From NCBI GenBank assembly GCA_964507275.1, contig CAZDPG010000001.1, forward strand, positions 276,577 through 340,576: DNA of 64,000 nucleotides, given 5' to 3'. The translations under genes and the position numbers were made by a program. Source of the DNA: an uncultured Candidatus Saccharibacteria bacterium. GTDB lineage: Bacteria; Patescibacteriota; Minisyncoccia; Phycocordibacterales; Phycocordibacteraceae. Below the pieces are notes generated by a model. That model ran no database searches, had not been told where the DNA came from, and saw only the letters and a program-made list of their open reading frames with translations. This document shows, in pieces, positions 9,693 through 22,035 of this stretch; the stretch's first letter is position 1, and each line of letters starts with the position of its first letter.

Positions 9693-10112
9693 TCAGGAGA
9701 GGCGCGCACGCTGGATAATGCCGCGGATGGTGCGCGTCGTGAAGTACAGGGCGAGGAGCGAGAGGAGTGCGAGCGCTTCGGTCGACGCGAAGGAAGCATC
9801 AAACACACTGAGACCGGCACGATAATGACTAACCGCCGATATACCAAAGAGAAGCGTGCCCGAGAGCGCGAAGAGCGCGTTGAACCAGTGGATTCCCGAC
9901 TGCATCGGATTCGTGATGCCTGCGGCGATGACAAGGAGCGCAGCACTTACGACAGCGCCGGTCGTCGATAGCGGGAGATCCGCGCCGGTCGACTGCGCGA
10001 TGATGAGGACGAGTGCGCCCACAAGGAAGAGCACACGCACTTCGTCGCCATGATAATGCGGCACGCGCTTGCGGCGCGGAACGCTATCACCTCCATTCCC
10101 TTCAAACGTCAT
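9693..10112 (-). CDS. Hypothetical membrane protein (4 TM)
   Basis: Hydrophobic ORF; TATACT 6 nt before ATG 10112. Confidence 0.75.
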   Translation of the reverse strand: MTFEGNGGDSVPRRKRVPHYHGDEVRVLFLVGALVLIIAQSTGADLPLSTTGAVVSAALLVIAAGITNPMQSGIHWFNALFALSGTLLFGISAVSHYRAGLSVFDASFASTEALALLSLLALYFTTRTIRGIIQRARLS

Positions 10113-10148
10113 ATCTCTAGTATACGCTTTGTACGTATGACGCAAGCT

Positions 10149-10394
10149 CTAGAGGAGGATAGTCGCTTGATTATGCGAGACTTCTGCCACTCCTCCTTCT
10201 GCGACAACAAAGTGGTGTACCTCGCCTTCTTCTGTCGTGACACGCACGCGTCCGTCTCGCAACAAAGAGACGAAGGCTTCATGTTCGGCAAGAACCTCGA
10301 ACGTTCCTTCCGCACCAGGAAACGATGCCGATACGACAGGACCGTCGAAGACGTGTTCTCCGACTCTCGCAATCGTGAGACGAAACGTCTTCAT
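10149..10394 (-). CDS. atpC: ATP synthase epsilon subunit (N-terminal domain only)
   Basis: PGAEGTFEVLAEH motif; follows atpD; 81 aa. Confidence 0.9.
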   Translation of the reverse strand: MKTFRLTIARVGEHVFDGPVVSASFPGAEGTFEVLAEHEAFVSLLRDGRVRVTTEEGEVHHFVVAEGGVAEVSHNQATILL

Positions 10395-10395
10395 A

Positions 10396-12697
<2,302 letters not shown>

Positions 12698-12703
12698 AGG
12701 TAC

Positions 12704-14263
12704 CTATGCGACGACCGTCAGATGCCGTGCGACGAACGCAGATAACTTCTCACGGAGCGTCGTGTCTGAATCCTCACGAATCTCTTTCGATTCTTTAATC
12801 GCCATGAGGACACCACCGGCCTCGCGCGAGAGATACTCTTGCAACTTCGCTTCAACCGCACCCACGTCCCCCGCCTCGACGGTATCAAGATAGCCGTTCG
12901 TTGCGGCAAATATGACCGCCGACTCCATCTCGAACGGAAGCGGCACGCCGCGACCCTGATTCAAAATCTCCGTCATGCGGCGACCGGCATCGATACGCTT
13001 CTTCGTATCGGCATCGAGGTCGGATGAGAACTGCATGAACGCTTCGAGCTCGCGGAACTGCGCCAGCTCAAGCTTGATCTTGCCCGAGACTTTCTTCATC
13101 GCTTTCGTCTGCGCAGCGCTTCCCACGCGCGAGACCGAGATGCCGACATTGATTGCCGGACGCTGACCTTTGTTGAAGAGATCAGCTTCGAGATAGATCT
13201 GTCCATCGGTGATAGAAATGACATTCGTCGGGATATAGGCCGAGACGTCCCCTTCTTGCGTCTCAATGATCGGGAGCGCTGTGAGCGACCCTCCGCCCTT
13301 TTCTTTGGAGAGCTTCGCCGCGCGCTCAAGAAGGCGCGAATGCAGGTAGAAGATATCTCCCGGATATGCTTCGCGACCTGGCGGACGGCGCAGGAGGAGC
13401 GACATCTGGCGATACGCAACAGCCTGTTTGGAAAGATCATCGTAGATGACGAGTGCATCCCTTCCCTGTTCCATGAAATATTCACCTATGGTCGCCCCGG
13501 CAAACGGCGCGAGGAACTGCAGTGCAGCAGGGGCCGAGGCAGGAGCGGTCACGACGATGGTGTACTCCATCGCGCCACGAGCCGCGAGCTCGGCAACAAT
13601 CTTCGCAGTCTTCGACTCCTTCTGCCCGATAGCCACATAGATGCAGATCGGCCGCGTTGCTTCCGGTTCGCTCTTCTGGTTCAAGATTGTATCGATAGCG
13701 ATACTGGTTTTGCCAGTGCCTCGATCACCGATGATGAGCTCGCGCTGTCCACGACCAATCGGAATCATCGCGTCAACCGCCTTGATACCCGTGTGAAGCG
13801 GGACATTCACCGGAGCGCGATCGATAACGCCATATGCTTCGCGCTCGATAGAGCGTATCTCCTTCGCACCGGTCGCGCCCTTGCCATCGACTGGTTCAGC
13901 AAGCGGATTCACGACGCGTCCGATGAGCGAATCGCCGACGTTGATGGAAAGCAAGCGTCCAAGGCGGCGCACGAGCATGCCTTCATAGACTTTCGAAGCA
14001 TCACCGAGGATCACAGTGCGCACCCCGTCTTCCTCAAGATTGAGGACAAGACCGTATATAGGCGCGGGATCTTTCAATGCTTCAGCGAGCGTCCGGTCGA
14101 AGGTAGGGTCGAAGAGCACCATTTCGGACATGGCGACTTTGGACAGACCGTCAATCTCTGCGATACCGTCACCGGTCGCGCGTACGATGCCTGTCTCCTC
14201 TGCACCTACTTCTGGTGCCCACGCAGCGATCTCTTTCTCAATTCTCTCGATGATGCTCTGCAT
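12704..14263 (-). CDS. atpA: ATP synthase alpha subunit
   Basis: [29 protein letters not shown]. Confidence 0.99.
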   Translation of the reverse strand: MQSIIERIEKEIAAWAPEVGAEETGIVRATGDGIAEIDGLSKVAMSEMVLFDPTFDRTLAEALKDPAPIYGLVLNLEEDGVRTVILGDASKVYEGMLVRRLGRLLSINVGDSLIGRVVNPLAEPVDGKGATGAKEIRSIEREAYGVIDRAPVNVPLHTGIKAVDAMIPIGRGQRELIIGDRGTGKTSIAIDTILNQKSEPEATRPICIYVAIGQKESKTAKIVAELAARGAMEYTIVVTAPASAPAALQFLAPFAGATIGEYFMEQGRDALVIYDDLSKQAVAYRQMSLLLRRPPGREAYPGDIFYLHSRLLERAAKLSKEKGGGSLTALPIIETQEGDVSAYIPTNVISITDGQIYLEADLFNKGQRPAINVGISVSRVGSAAQTKAMKKVSGKIKLELAQFRELEAFMQFSSDLDADTKKRIDAGRRMTEILNQGRGVPLPFEMESAVIFAATNGYLDTVEAGDVGAVEAKLQEYLSREAGGVLMAIKESKEIREDSDTTLREKLSAFVARHLTVVA

Positions 14264-14266
14264 ACG

Positions 14267-14638
14267 TTATGCGGTTACCTTCTGATAAATCTGAATAAGT
14301 GCTTGCTTTGCGGAATGATCGATAAGCTTCCCGCCGCCATGAGCTCGCCAGCCACGGATAAGTGAAGGATTCACCTGCGCATGTTTGGCAGTGATACCCT
14401 CTCGAGCTGCTGCGTGCAGGGCCACCGACACTTCGCTCTCATGTGCGACTTCGACACGAGGACGAAGCGCGGCGCGACGCGCAGCGACTCTCCGTAATTC
14501 ACCCGCAATCTTCGGAAGCATGTTCATGCGTCCCATACTCTTCAGATGGATGATGAGCTTCGTAATCGCTGCATCAGCAGCTTCCTTATCTTCGAGTTCA
14601 GCAGTCGCCTCGAGAAGCCGAGTGTACGTGTCAATCAT
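14267..14638 (-). CDS. atpH: ATP synthase delta subunit (short, divergent)
   Basis: Lies between atpF and atpA; C-terminal VNPSLIRG...LIDHS. Confidence 0.8.
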   Translation of the reverse strand: MIDTYTRLLEATAELEDKEAADAAITKLIIHLKSMGRMNMLPKIAGELRRVAARRAALRPRVEVAHESEVSVALHAAAREGITAKHAQVNPSLIRGWRAHGGGKLIDHSAKQALIQIYQKVTA

Positions 14639-15081
14639 GCGCGTTCTTCGAGAACCTTTTCTGCAGCAAGCACCGCAAGGCGGGCGATATCCTTCTCGCT
14701 CTCACGCCGCGCCCGGAGCGTCGCCTCAGCGGCATGTGCTTCAGCGTCTTTGGTGACATGAGCCGCACGCTCTTCTGCTTCTTTCAGGAGTCTCGCCTTT
14801 TCAGTTGTGGCCGACTCACGCGCTGCTGCGACAATCTTCTCGGCCTCGACATCAGCTGCCTTTACGCGTTCCTCTGCCTCGCTATCAGCACGTGCAAACA
14901 GCTCTTCCGCCTGTTTCGCCTCCTCGACACTCTTGGCGACGAGCTCTTGCCGCTTCGCCAAAGTCGCAAGCACTGGCTTGTAGAGGAAGTACCAGAGCGC
15001 CACAAGGACAATGCCGAAGTTCACCGCTTGCGCGATGAGAAGACTCCAATTGACGCCGAAGGCTGCGAAGAGTTCTTGCAT
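14635..15081 (-). CDS. atpF: ATP synthase F0 subunit b
   Basis: N-terminal TM (QAVNFGIVLVALWYFLYKP) followed by a coiled coil. Confidence 0.95.
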   Translation of the reverse strand: MQELFAAFGVNWSLLIAQAVNFGIVLVALWYFLYKPVLATLAKRQELVAKSVEEAKQAEELFARADSEAEERVKAADVEAEKIVAAARESATTEKARLLKEAEERAAHVTKDAEAHAAEATLRARRESEKDIARLAVLAAEKVLEERA

Positions 15082-15097
15082 GGAACGTTAGTCCGGA

Positions 15098-15334
<237 letters not shown>

Positions 15335-15385
15335 TTACGTTGCAATAATAAAAGGCCCAGAATCCCGGAGCCGCATGAAGCGCCG

Positions 15386-16132
15386 CTAGTGCGCCTCGTG
15401 CGGATCCATGATCGCCAACTTGATGAAGAACAGGGTGAGCATCGCGAACACGAGCGCCTGCACGAGCCCGATGAACATCTCAAACCCCATAAGCGGCGCG
15501 GGAAGCACATACGGGAGGAAGTAAATAGCGACGAGTACCATTACTTCTCCTGCGAAGATGTTCCCGAAGAGACGAAATGAGAACGAGACAAGCCGACCAA
15601 GATTGCTCACGAGCTCGATGAGCCCGACAGCAAACCCGATCGGCGATTTTAGATTAACATACTTTCCAGCATACTTGAAAAAACCCAAGGTCGCGATGCC
15701 CGTGATTTCAATGGTGAAGAAGGCGATCATGGCGAGCGCAAGTGTGAAGTTGAGGTCGGTTGTCGGCGCACGCAGAATCGGCAGGAATTCTGATGCGTGC
15801 CAGAGGCCAATCGATCCAACACCAGGGAAAAACTCAATCTCGTTGATGAATGCGACGAAAATAAAGATAGATGCCACGAGCGGGAAGAAACGACGAGCAA
15901 GCTTCTCGCTCCCAAGCACATCAGCCATGTATGCGAGCGCCCCCTCGAACGCCCATTCGACACCCGCCTGGAGCTTCCCCGGGACGAGCGTGAGCGATTT
16001 GCCGAAGAAATACGCGCCCGTAATGAGAAGCGCCATCACGATCCACGCCATGATAAGCGAGTTGGTGATAGGAAAATTGAAAACGGAGCCTAATTGCTCC
16101 GCCTTGAGGACGACCGCGATACCCTCATGCAT
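15386..16132 (-). CDS. atpB: ATP synthase F0 subunit a
   Basis: PTTDLN, SFRLFGNIFAGE, QALVF. Confidence 0.97.
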   Translation of the reverse strand: MHEGIAVVLKAEQLGSVFNFPITNSLIMAWIVMALLITGAYFFGKSLTLVPGKLQAGVEWAFEGALAYMADVLGSEKLARRFFPLVASIFIFVAFINEIEFFPGVGSIGLWHASEFLPILRAPTTDLNFTLALAMIAFFTIEITGIATLGFFKYAGKYVNLKSPIGFAVGLIELVSNLGRLVSFSFRLFGNIFAGEVMVLVAIYFLPYVLPAPLMGFEMFIGLVQALVFAMLTLFFIKLAIMDPHEAH

Positions 16133-16213
16133 ATACACCCACTATAGCAGAAGACCCCTATTCCATGCTATATACTACGATAGTCCCACAGACTTAATAC
16201 AATCATATTCACT

Positions 16214-16465
16214 ATGGCAATAAACGCAGCACTATCGAAGCCCCTTACCCTCTCCCCTGAATTGGAGGCGGTCGTCGGAGCGGGCCCGATGCCTCGCACC
16301 GAGGTGGTCAAGCAGCTCTGGGTATACATCAAGAAGCATGACCTCCAGAACCCAGCAAACAAGCGCAACATCCTTGCAGATGACAAGCTGAAGCCGGTCT
16401 TCGGCGGAAAGAGCGAAGTCACGATGTTCGAGATGACGAAACTCGTCTCAGCGCATTTGAAATAA
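16214..16465 (+). CDS. SWIB/MDM2 domain protein
   Basis: LSPELEAVVG...RTEVVKQLWVYIKKHDLQNP.NKRNI.ADDKL. Confidence 0.92.
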   Translation: MAINAALSKPLTLSPELEAVVGAGPMPRTEVVKQLWVYIKKHDLQNPANKRNILADDKLKPVFGGKSEVTMFEMTKLVSAHLK

Positions 16466-16498
16466 CTCGCGCTCCTCTGGGAGGATAAACCTCCGCAC

Positions 16499-16570
16499 AA
16501 CAATCCCCGCCCGGCGAAGCCTTGCGGGGATTGTTTTGATATAGAAAAAGCCCGCGAGGTACGGGCTTTT
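16499..16570. terminator. Two adjacent terminator hairpins between convergent genes
   Basis: aacaatccccgc...gcggggattgtttt and aaaagcccg-cgaggta-cgggctttt. Confidence 0.65.
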
Positions 16571-16587
16571 GCCTGAATTACACAGGC

Positions 16588-17220
16588 CTATCGTTCGACA
16601 AACAAGAAGTGCGTCCCCGGATTGCAGTAGACGCCGCCAGCCTCAAAACAGAGACCGCGCGCACCGTCCTGACCCCACAGATTGGGCTGGAAAGATTTCG
16701 GGCTGATGCCGCCATACGCCTTGCCGAAGATACCGTGTGGACATCGGAGTTGGACCTTCGGATACGTAGAGCCGAACGCAAGGATCTCTTCGTACGACGC
16801 GAGTCGATAACGCTCGCCACACATACCCTCCGCCTCATTTTCCGCCAGGTTGAGATTCCCTTCGAGAAGTTGACGGAGCTGAATCTTCACATTTTTCCTT
16901 CCCCTCCCGGCCCTGGTGTCAAAGTATAGCCGGGCATTCCCCATGTGGTCTACGACCCGGTCATATTGACCAGCGGTGACCAATTCTTCGAAGGAGAGGT
17001 CGTGGTCGACAACCATGGTAGGCTTCTTGGGCAAGAGCCCTAGAAACACACGCAACTCGTCCCTCGTCGGGAAACAGGTTCCGCGAGAGTAGCGAACCCC
17101 TTCGAGAAAGTCGCTCAGGAATCCATCGTGCAGGAAACGCATGTCGGTGCTGCTGATGTCTTGTTGATCAAAGATTTCAAGCGTGTGCTTGGCCTGTGCA
17201 AGCGTCGGCTTATTGCTCAT
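16588..17220 (-). CDS. Hypothetical protein (CPR-type family)
   Basis: SFEELVTAGQYD...RLASYEEILAFGSTYP...FLFV; SD AAGGA; promoter TTGACG-N16-TATAGT at 17310-17337. Confidence 0.7.
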   Translation of the reverse strand: MSNKPTLAQAKHTLEIFDQQDISSTDMRFLHDGFLSDFLEGVRYSRGTCFPTRDELRVFLGLLPKKPTMVVDHDLSFEELVTAGQYDRVVDHMGNARLYFDTRAGRGRKNVKIQLRQLLEGNLNLAENEAEGMCGERYRLASYEEILAFGSTYPKVQLRCPHGIFGKAYGGISPKSFQPNLWGQDGARGLCFEAGGVYCNPGTHFLFVER

Positions 17221-17450
17221 AGGTATTTCCTTCCTATGTGGCACTATCGTGAGATAGTTTGCTGACAGATTTTGCCGGATGGCTCCACCCCAGCGGTACT
17301 TCCGCGATTACTATACTTTAGAATCAGGAATCGTCAATCGAGACAAACATCCCTGCGGAGACTAAGCCTCCGCAAGACAACCCCGCGCGGGTGTTGTGTT
17401 GGTATAAAAAACGGACCCCCTTGCGAGGGCCCGTCGTCGGCCACTAGACT

Positions 17451-18521
17451 TCAGCCAGCAGTGGCGGTGATTTTCTTCAACTTTCGTGAAGCTTCTTCTG
17501 CTTCCCATTCAGCCCTCTGAATCGCCGAGAGTCGATTGTGCACGGTCTTCCGCAACTGGTATTGCAAGAGAAACCGTGCCGAGTTTGAGCCGACGTATGC
17601 CGCCTCCTCGACGGAGGTGACCAGGCGAGACTTTGAAACCGGGCTGTGGTATTCGCTCAACTCGGTCTGTAAAGCAATTTCTTCGAGCTTCGCCAGACAC
17701 ACATCGTCAAGCCCGACAAATTCGCCCCATCGTTGCGAAGGGTGCATTCCCCACAACAAATCGAGCTTATTGAGGCACGCCAACACCTCGATCGCCCAAG
17801 GCTTCGCCGAATCGACGCGTTGCCGCGTCTCAACGTTCTTGCTTGCGACCTCTTCGGGCTTGGAGGTCCATGACTCGATTTTCTCTTCCTCCCATCTGAA
17901 GATGACGCCGATGAGTCCAAGGAGGAAATTGGTCACGTGCGGTATCCCACGCACCGCTTCATCATGGCGGGAGATATTGCGAATCCCCCCCTTCCCCTCG
18001 ATCCTGAAGAAGTCGAGGATGATCGGGAAGAGCCGCCCAGACACAATACTCACGCCCCAAGGAGGATTGTTGCCCTTGTCAAAAGAGCGTTGCGATTCTT
18101 CAACTTCGGACCTGAAGAAATTGCGAACCAGCATGTCGAAGGCCTTTTGCGCCAACTGTTGGCGCAGTTCCCATAGACTCATTCGCTCGATATTCCCATG
18201 CTTGTCGTAACCGACGCGGTATTTCTTGTCTCCATCCGCTTCACTCTTCAGTTGGTAATAACCGTCGGCCCAGCCATCGGCGATGGCGAAGTAGGTCTCG
18301 AGCCGATCGATGTAATCGTACTCCTGCTCGCCACGCTCGTATCGGTCGAACCCGACACTGAACCCCCCATGCAATAGCCCGGCAAGCTGGTGTGTCGTGA
18401 CAGACGCATGCCAACAAGTCCGCCACTCGGCCCAATTGCGGGGCGGGCGAATCTCGCGCATAAGGAGCGGGTGGACTACATCTGCGGCAATACTGTTGGT
18501 GGTACCATCAGATTCAGACAT
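17451..18521 (-). CDS. Hypothetical protein
   Basis: Long ORF, SD GGAGG, promoter TTTACA-N16-TATGGT at 18592-18619. Confidence 0.75.
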   Translation of the reverse strand: MSESDGTTNSIAADVVHPLLMREIRPPRNWAEWRTCWHASVTTHQLAGLLHGGFSVGFDRYERGEQEYDYIDRLETYFAIADGWADGYYQLKSEADGDKKYRVGYDKHGNIERMSLWELRQQLAQKAFDMLVRNFFRSEVEESQRSFDKGNNPPWGVSIVSGRLFPIILDFFRIEGKGGIRNISRHDEAVRGIPHVTNFLLGLIGVIFRWEEEKIESWTSKPEEVASKNVETRQRVDSAKPWAIEVLACLNKLDLLWGMHPSQRWGEFVGLDDVCLAKLEEIALQTELSEYHSPVSKSRLVTSVEEAAYVGSNSARFLLQYQLRKTVHNRLSAIQRAEWEAEEASRKLKKITATAG

Positions 18522-18625
18522 TTTTACTGCCTCCGTTTCTTTCTCTAGGGTTATGCCCCGCACTGTGGCGGGACGGGTACATCCGTCTCAAACCATACTC
18601 TGAAGACGAGAATTGTAAAGAAACG

Positions 18626-19027
18626 CTATGCGACCAACTGCGCACAATGTGAACAGCGCTTCGCAGCAAGCGGTATCTCGGAGAGGCATTCCGGACATTT
18701 CTTGGTGGTAGGGTCTGCCGGAGCTTCTTTACGCGACCGAGCAACAAGGAGATTCATCGGCTTCACCACGAAAAAGAATACTGCGGCGGCGACAAGAAGG
18801 AAGGAGATGAGCGCGTTGATCAGGTGGCCGTACATAAACTTGCTTCCGTTTAGAGTGAAAACCAGTCCGCTGAAATCAGGGACCTTGGCGATGGCTGCGA
18901 TGAACGGGGTCAGGAGATCTGCGACGACCGCCGACACAACGGTACCAAACGCTGCACCGACCACGACGCCGACTGCCAAATCGACGACATTCCCGCGAAG
19001 GAGGAATTGTTTGAATTCATTCAACAT
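18626..19027 (-). CDS. mscL: Large-conductance mechanosensitive channel with C-terminal Cys knuckle
   Basis: EFKQFLLRGNVVDLAVGVVVGAAF; CPEC...RCSHC tail. The ORF-track start overlaps a tRNA, so a downstream ATG was chosen. Confidence 0.95.
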   Translation of the reverse strand: MLNEFKQFLLRGNVVDLAVGVVVGAAFGTVVSAVVADLLTPFIAAIAKVPDFSGLVFTLNGSKFMYGHLINALISFLLVAAAVFFFVVKPMNLLVARSRKEAPADPTTKKCPECLSEIPLAAKRCSHCAQLVA

Positions 19028-19048
19028 GCCCTTCATGATAGCACTAAG

Positions 19049-19121
19049 TGGACCATAGGAGAGTCGAACTCCTGACCTCGTCAATGCGAATGACGCGCTC
19101 TACCAACTGAGCTAATGGCCC
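19049..19121 (-). tRNA. tRNA-Ala(CGC)
   Basis: GGGCCATTAGCTCAGTTGGTAGAGCG CGTCA-TTCGCAT-TGACG ...GTTCGACTC; G3:U70; CCA not encoded. Confidence 0.95.
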
Positions 19122-19157
19122 GCGTGAGATATGCTATCACGCTCAAAAAATATTTCA

Positions 19158-19228
19158 TCGGGCCGCCGGGAATTGAACCCGGCCTACCAACACCCCATGC
19201 TGGCGTACTACCGACATACTCCGGCCCG
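19158..19228 (-). tRNA. tRNA-Pro(GGG), non-canonical G8/G14
   Basis: CGGGCCG GA GTAT GTCGGTA GTAC G CCAGC-ATGGGGT-GTTGG TAGG CCGGG-TTCAATT-CCCGG CGGCCCG A. Confidence 0.9.
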
Positions 19229-19253
19229 TGATCCTTTCAAGAGACGTTCTCTG

Positions 19254-19324
19254 TCGGGCCGCCGGGAATCGAACCCGGTCTATACGAACCCGAATCGTAC
19301 GTACTACCGGCATACTCCGGCCCG
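19254..19324 (-). tRNA. tRNA-Pro(CGG), non-canonical G8/G14
   Basis: CGGGCCG GA GTAT GCCGGTA GTAC G TACGA-TTCGGGT-TCGTA TAGA CCGGG-TTCGATT-CCCGG CGGCCCG A. Confidence 0.9.
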
Positions 19325-19343
19325 ACACAGAACACCTCCCGAG

Positions 19344-19417
19344 TGCGCTCCGCAGGATTCGAACCTGCGACCTTTCGCGTGTGAAGCGAACGCTCTAACC
19401 AACTGAGCTAGGAGCGC
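19344..19417 (-). tRNA. tRNA-Val(CAC)
   Basis: GCGCTCCTAGCTCAGTTGGTTAGAGCG TTCGC-TTCACAC-GCGAA ...GTTCGAATC. Confidence 0.95.
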
Positions 19418-19460
19418 GCGAACATTCCTACCATATCAGATATCCAATGAGATTCCCAGA

Positions 19461-19934
19461 TTATCCCTTCTTGAGTTGCTCAAGATCGGTAAGTACCCGC
19501 TGGAGATCCTTCGTGAGCTGCTCGATTGCGACTGTCTGGCGCTTCTCGTGCTGTTCTTCATCCGTCTCCTCTTCAGTGATCTCTTCCACATTCTCTTGAA
19601 TCTCGCCAACGTCTTCTTGAATTTCATCGACATCCTTCTGAATTTCATCGACATCCTGACTGATCTCTTCGATGTCTTCCTGGATGTCTTCCACGTCTTC
19701 ACTCACCTCAGCAAGTTCTTTGGCGTGGCGATTCACTGACATTTGGATGAATATGGCAAGGTAGATTGCTTCGAGCGAGACGAGTGTCGTGAGCACGAGT
19801 AGCATGACGCTCCATGAGACGATGCCCAGGAGCGCGAGCAAGAAGAAAGACACGAAAAATATCGTGTGGAGGATGAGCGAGTATACCGATCCAACTGAGG
19901 TGATTACTCTTTCAATTAAAGTCTCTCGGGGCAT
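19461..19934 (-). CDS. DUF1003-like membrane protein with acidic heptad-repeat coiled coil
   Basis: LTTLVSLEAIYLAIFIQMSVNR then DVEDIQE/DIEEISQ/DVDEIQK/DVDEIQE repeats. Confidence 0.8.
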   Translation of the reverse strand: MPRETLIERVITSVGSVYSLILHTIFFVSFFLLALLGIVSWSVMLLVLTTLVSLEAIYLAIFIQMSVNRHAKELAEVSEDVEDIQEDIEEISQDVDEIQKDVDEIQEDVGEIQENVEEITEEETDEEQHEKRQTVAIEQLTKDLQRVLTDLEQLKKG

Positions 19935-19980
19935 CTTTTCAGTATGCCACTAGAGGTTCTTAATGGCTACTTGGGGAGAA

Positions 19981-20775
19981 TCAGAACTCCTCGAATATCG
20001 GGACGACATTTACTCTCGCTGACTTTACAAGAGGATCACCATTCGTCTCACACGAGACTGTGTACGTAGTTTGGGTGGTGATGACGTCTGATGCTCCCGA
20101 CGGGGAGAGATACGGGGCACCGTTCTTGGTGACGACACAATTCCCCACGTCCCTTGTCTCCCAGGTGATGGTGGATGAGCCGTTTACCCGCACGCGGACC
20201 GGCGACGCGCTAATGGCGACAAACGGATGGAGCACCGTTATGACCACTTGTGCCGCAGGACTGCACACGCCGCTCGCATACGCACAACAAATCTGATACG
20301 CCGACGAGTCGGTTAAAGGCCCGGTCGATATACTTCCGGAAGGCCCGACCGTGGACTCGGCGAAACCTCCTGACCACCGACACGACACCGCATCTGACGA
20401 TTCCCAGAAAAGTGTCGCGGACTGTCCAGTATCGATGGTGGTATCCCCCGTGGGAGACATATACATGGTCACGCTCGGAACGGGACACGAGGAATCTGGA
20501 GGTGTCGTCACTGAGCACGATCCATCGGACTGGACGATCCCGGTACTCGCCTGTCCGCATGCATTCGCAGGAGAAACGCAAGAAAGTACAAAACTCGAAC
20601 CGCACGCCGGGAAGACTTCACCTGCTCCCAACCGTTCTGACCATTTTGGAATTTTCGCAACTGTCCTGGAACCGGCTTCTTGCACAGCACTACTCACCGC
20701 AACAATTAATCCAAGGATGATGATGACCCCGAAGAATACTTGGTGCGCACGAGGAACTTCACTTACTCTTTTCAT
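19981..20775 (-). CDS. Membrane-anchored or secreted Cys-rich protein with Ig/PKD-like beta domains
   Basis: N-terminal TM, about 10 Cys, repeated ATLFW/STITW and YQICC/YTVSC strands. Confidence 0.75.
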   Translation of the reverse strand: MKRVSEVPRAHQVFFGVIIILGLIVAVSSAVQEAGSRTVAKIPKWSERLGAGEVFPACGSSFVLSCVSPANACGQASTGIVQSDGSCSVTTPPDSSCPVPSVTMYMSPTGDTTIDTGQSATLFWESSDAVSCRWSGGFAESTVGPSGSISTGPLTDSSAYQICCAYASGVCSPAAQVVITVLHPFVAISASPVRVRVNGSSTITWETRDVGNCVVTKNGAPYLSPSGASDVITTQTTYTVSCETNGDPLVKSARVNVVPIFEEF

Positions 20776-20829
20776 AGACACAGTATATGTTCAATTCCCC
20801 GCATGTACCACGATTATCAACAAGTCCCA

Positions 20830-21957
20830 TCAAAAATCAGACTCCTGCCACCCAAGCGAGAGAAGGTAGCCCTTAAAGCTGCTATCTATCTTTCCTAGAG
20901 CAACGAGCTGCTGAATCCGTGCGGAGGGAACCTCTTCTGTTCTCACGGAACGGAGATAATCCACCGAAGTAGCATGAATACTCCTCTCATTACCTAACCT
21001 GAATGATGCGAGGAGGTTCCTAATGTCTTGGGCACGCGTATCTCCATACCGATTCGCGAGAAAAGAAGCATATCTGAGTGCATAAGAGTTCCCTGGTTTG
21101 TCGCCTAGGGCGGTGGCGTACTGCACGCCATCCCCGAAATAAGGTTCCGCTTGTTCCGGACCACTAATTACACCAAGCGTCGCAAGATTATCAACCGTAC
21201 TTCCTGCTCGTACGAGAACTTCTGGAACAAGAAATCTTTCTTCACCGGCGCTCCGCATCCTCACGAGATCGGCGCCCGCCGCCTCCAGTCCTTGAACAAC
21301 ACGCGCGATGTATTCTTTCCCTTGCGGTGTTGACGTCGCTGCCTGTATCCCGAGGAGTTCGTCACTATACCCGTGGGCGATAAGCGCTTCACTGAGCGCG
21401 AACGGATATATGCTCGCAGCATGCTCAAAGAGTTTGATATACGCCATATTTAAGCTAGCACCGTTGTTCCTGAACGAACTATAAGGCGAATCCTTGAATG
21501 TCTCTGTGATGATCTTCTGGAGCGTTATGCTCCCCGAACCCGAATATGTGTGGTACATGAGACCGACGCTCGTGAGCGCAGCGGCACGAATGACGGCGTA
21601 ACTAGATGAGTCAGCGGCAATGGCCTTGAACTGAATGATTGCCTCTTCATATCTACCCAACTGTTCAGTCTCGCGCGCGATGTCGAGTGCTATCTGCGCT
21701 CTCTGGAAATCATCTTCTGCCACATCGAGAGACTTTTGATAACTCTTCAATGCAAGACCATGCTTCCCTTCTTTTCGAAGACCCTCCGCTACTGCATAAT
21801 CCGAATTGTACTTCATCAAGACACTGGCAGGAGTCTGACTAGCTGAGTATATCTGGGACGGCATACTTAAGATGACGTACCACACGGCGCCAGTGATGAG
21901 GAACAGTGGGAGTATGACGAAAATCCAAATCCTATTTATTGCTGTTGACTCCATCAT
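20830..21957 (-). CDS. Membrane-anchored TPR-like protein
   Basis: N-terminal TM; ALKSYQKSL, LGRYEEAIIQFK TPR-like; ends YLLSLGWQESDF. Confidence 0.8.
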   Translation of the reverse strand: MMESTAINRIWIFVILPLFLITGAVWYVILSMPSQIYSASQTPASVLMKYNSDYAVAEGLRKEGKHGLALKSYQKSLDVAEDDFQRAQIALDIARETEQLGRYEEAIIQFKAIAADSSSYAVIRAAALTSVGLMYHTYSGSGSITLQKIITETFKDSPYSSFRNNGASLNMAYIKLFEHAASIYPFALSEALIAHGYSDELLGIQAATSTPQGKEYIARVVQGLEAAGADLVRMRSAGEERFLVPEVLVRAGSTVDNLATLGVISGPEQAEPYFGDGVQYATALGDKPGNSYALRYASFLANRYGDTRAQDIRNLLASFRLGNERSIHATSVDYLRSVRTEEVPSARIQQLVALGKIDSSFKGYLLSLGWQESDF

Positions 21958-22035
21958 GTATGTGGAAGTATAGCAACCCGAGAGGCGCTTAACATGCAGA
22001 GACAGCGGGAGTGTGTGAACAAGTTAGATGTCGCT

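Noticed and set aside
19131-19420. Near-identical ~70-nt direct repeats that could suggest a CRISPR array, plus a 91-aa ORF
   Set aside because: The repeats fold as tRNA-Pro isoacceptors on the minus strand; there is no spacer periodicity and no cas gene, and the ORF is antisense to tRNAs
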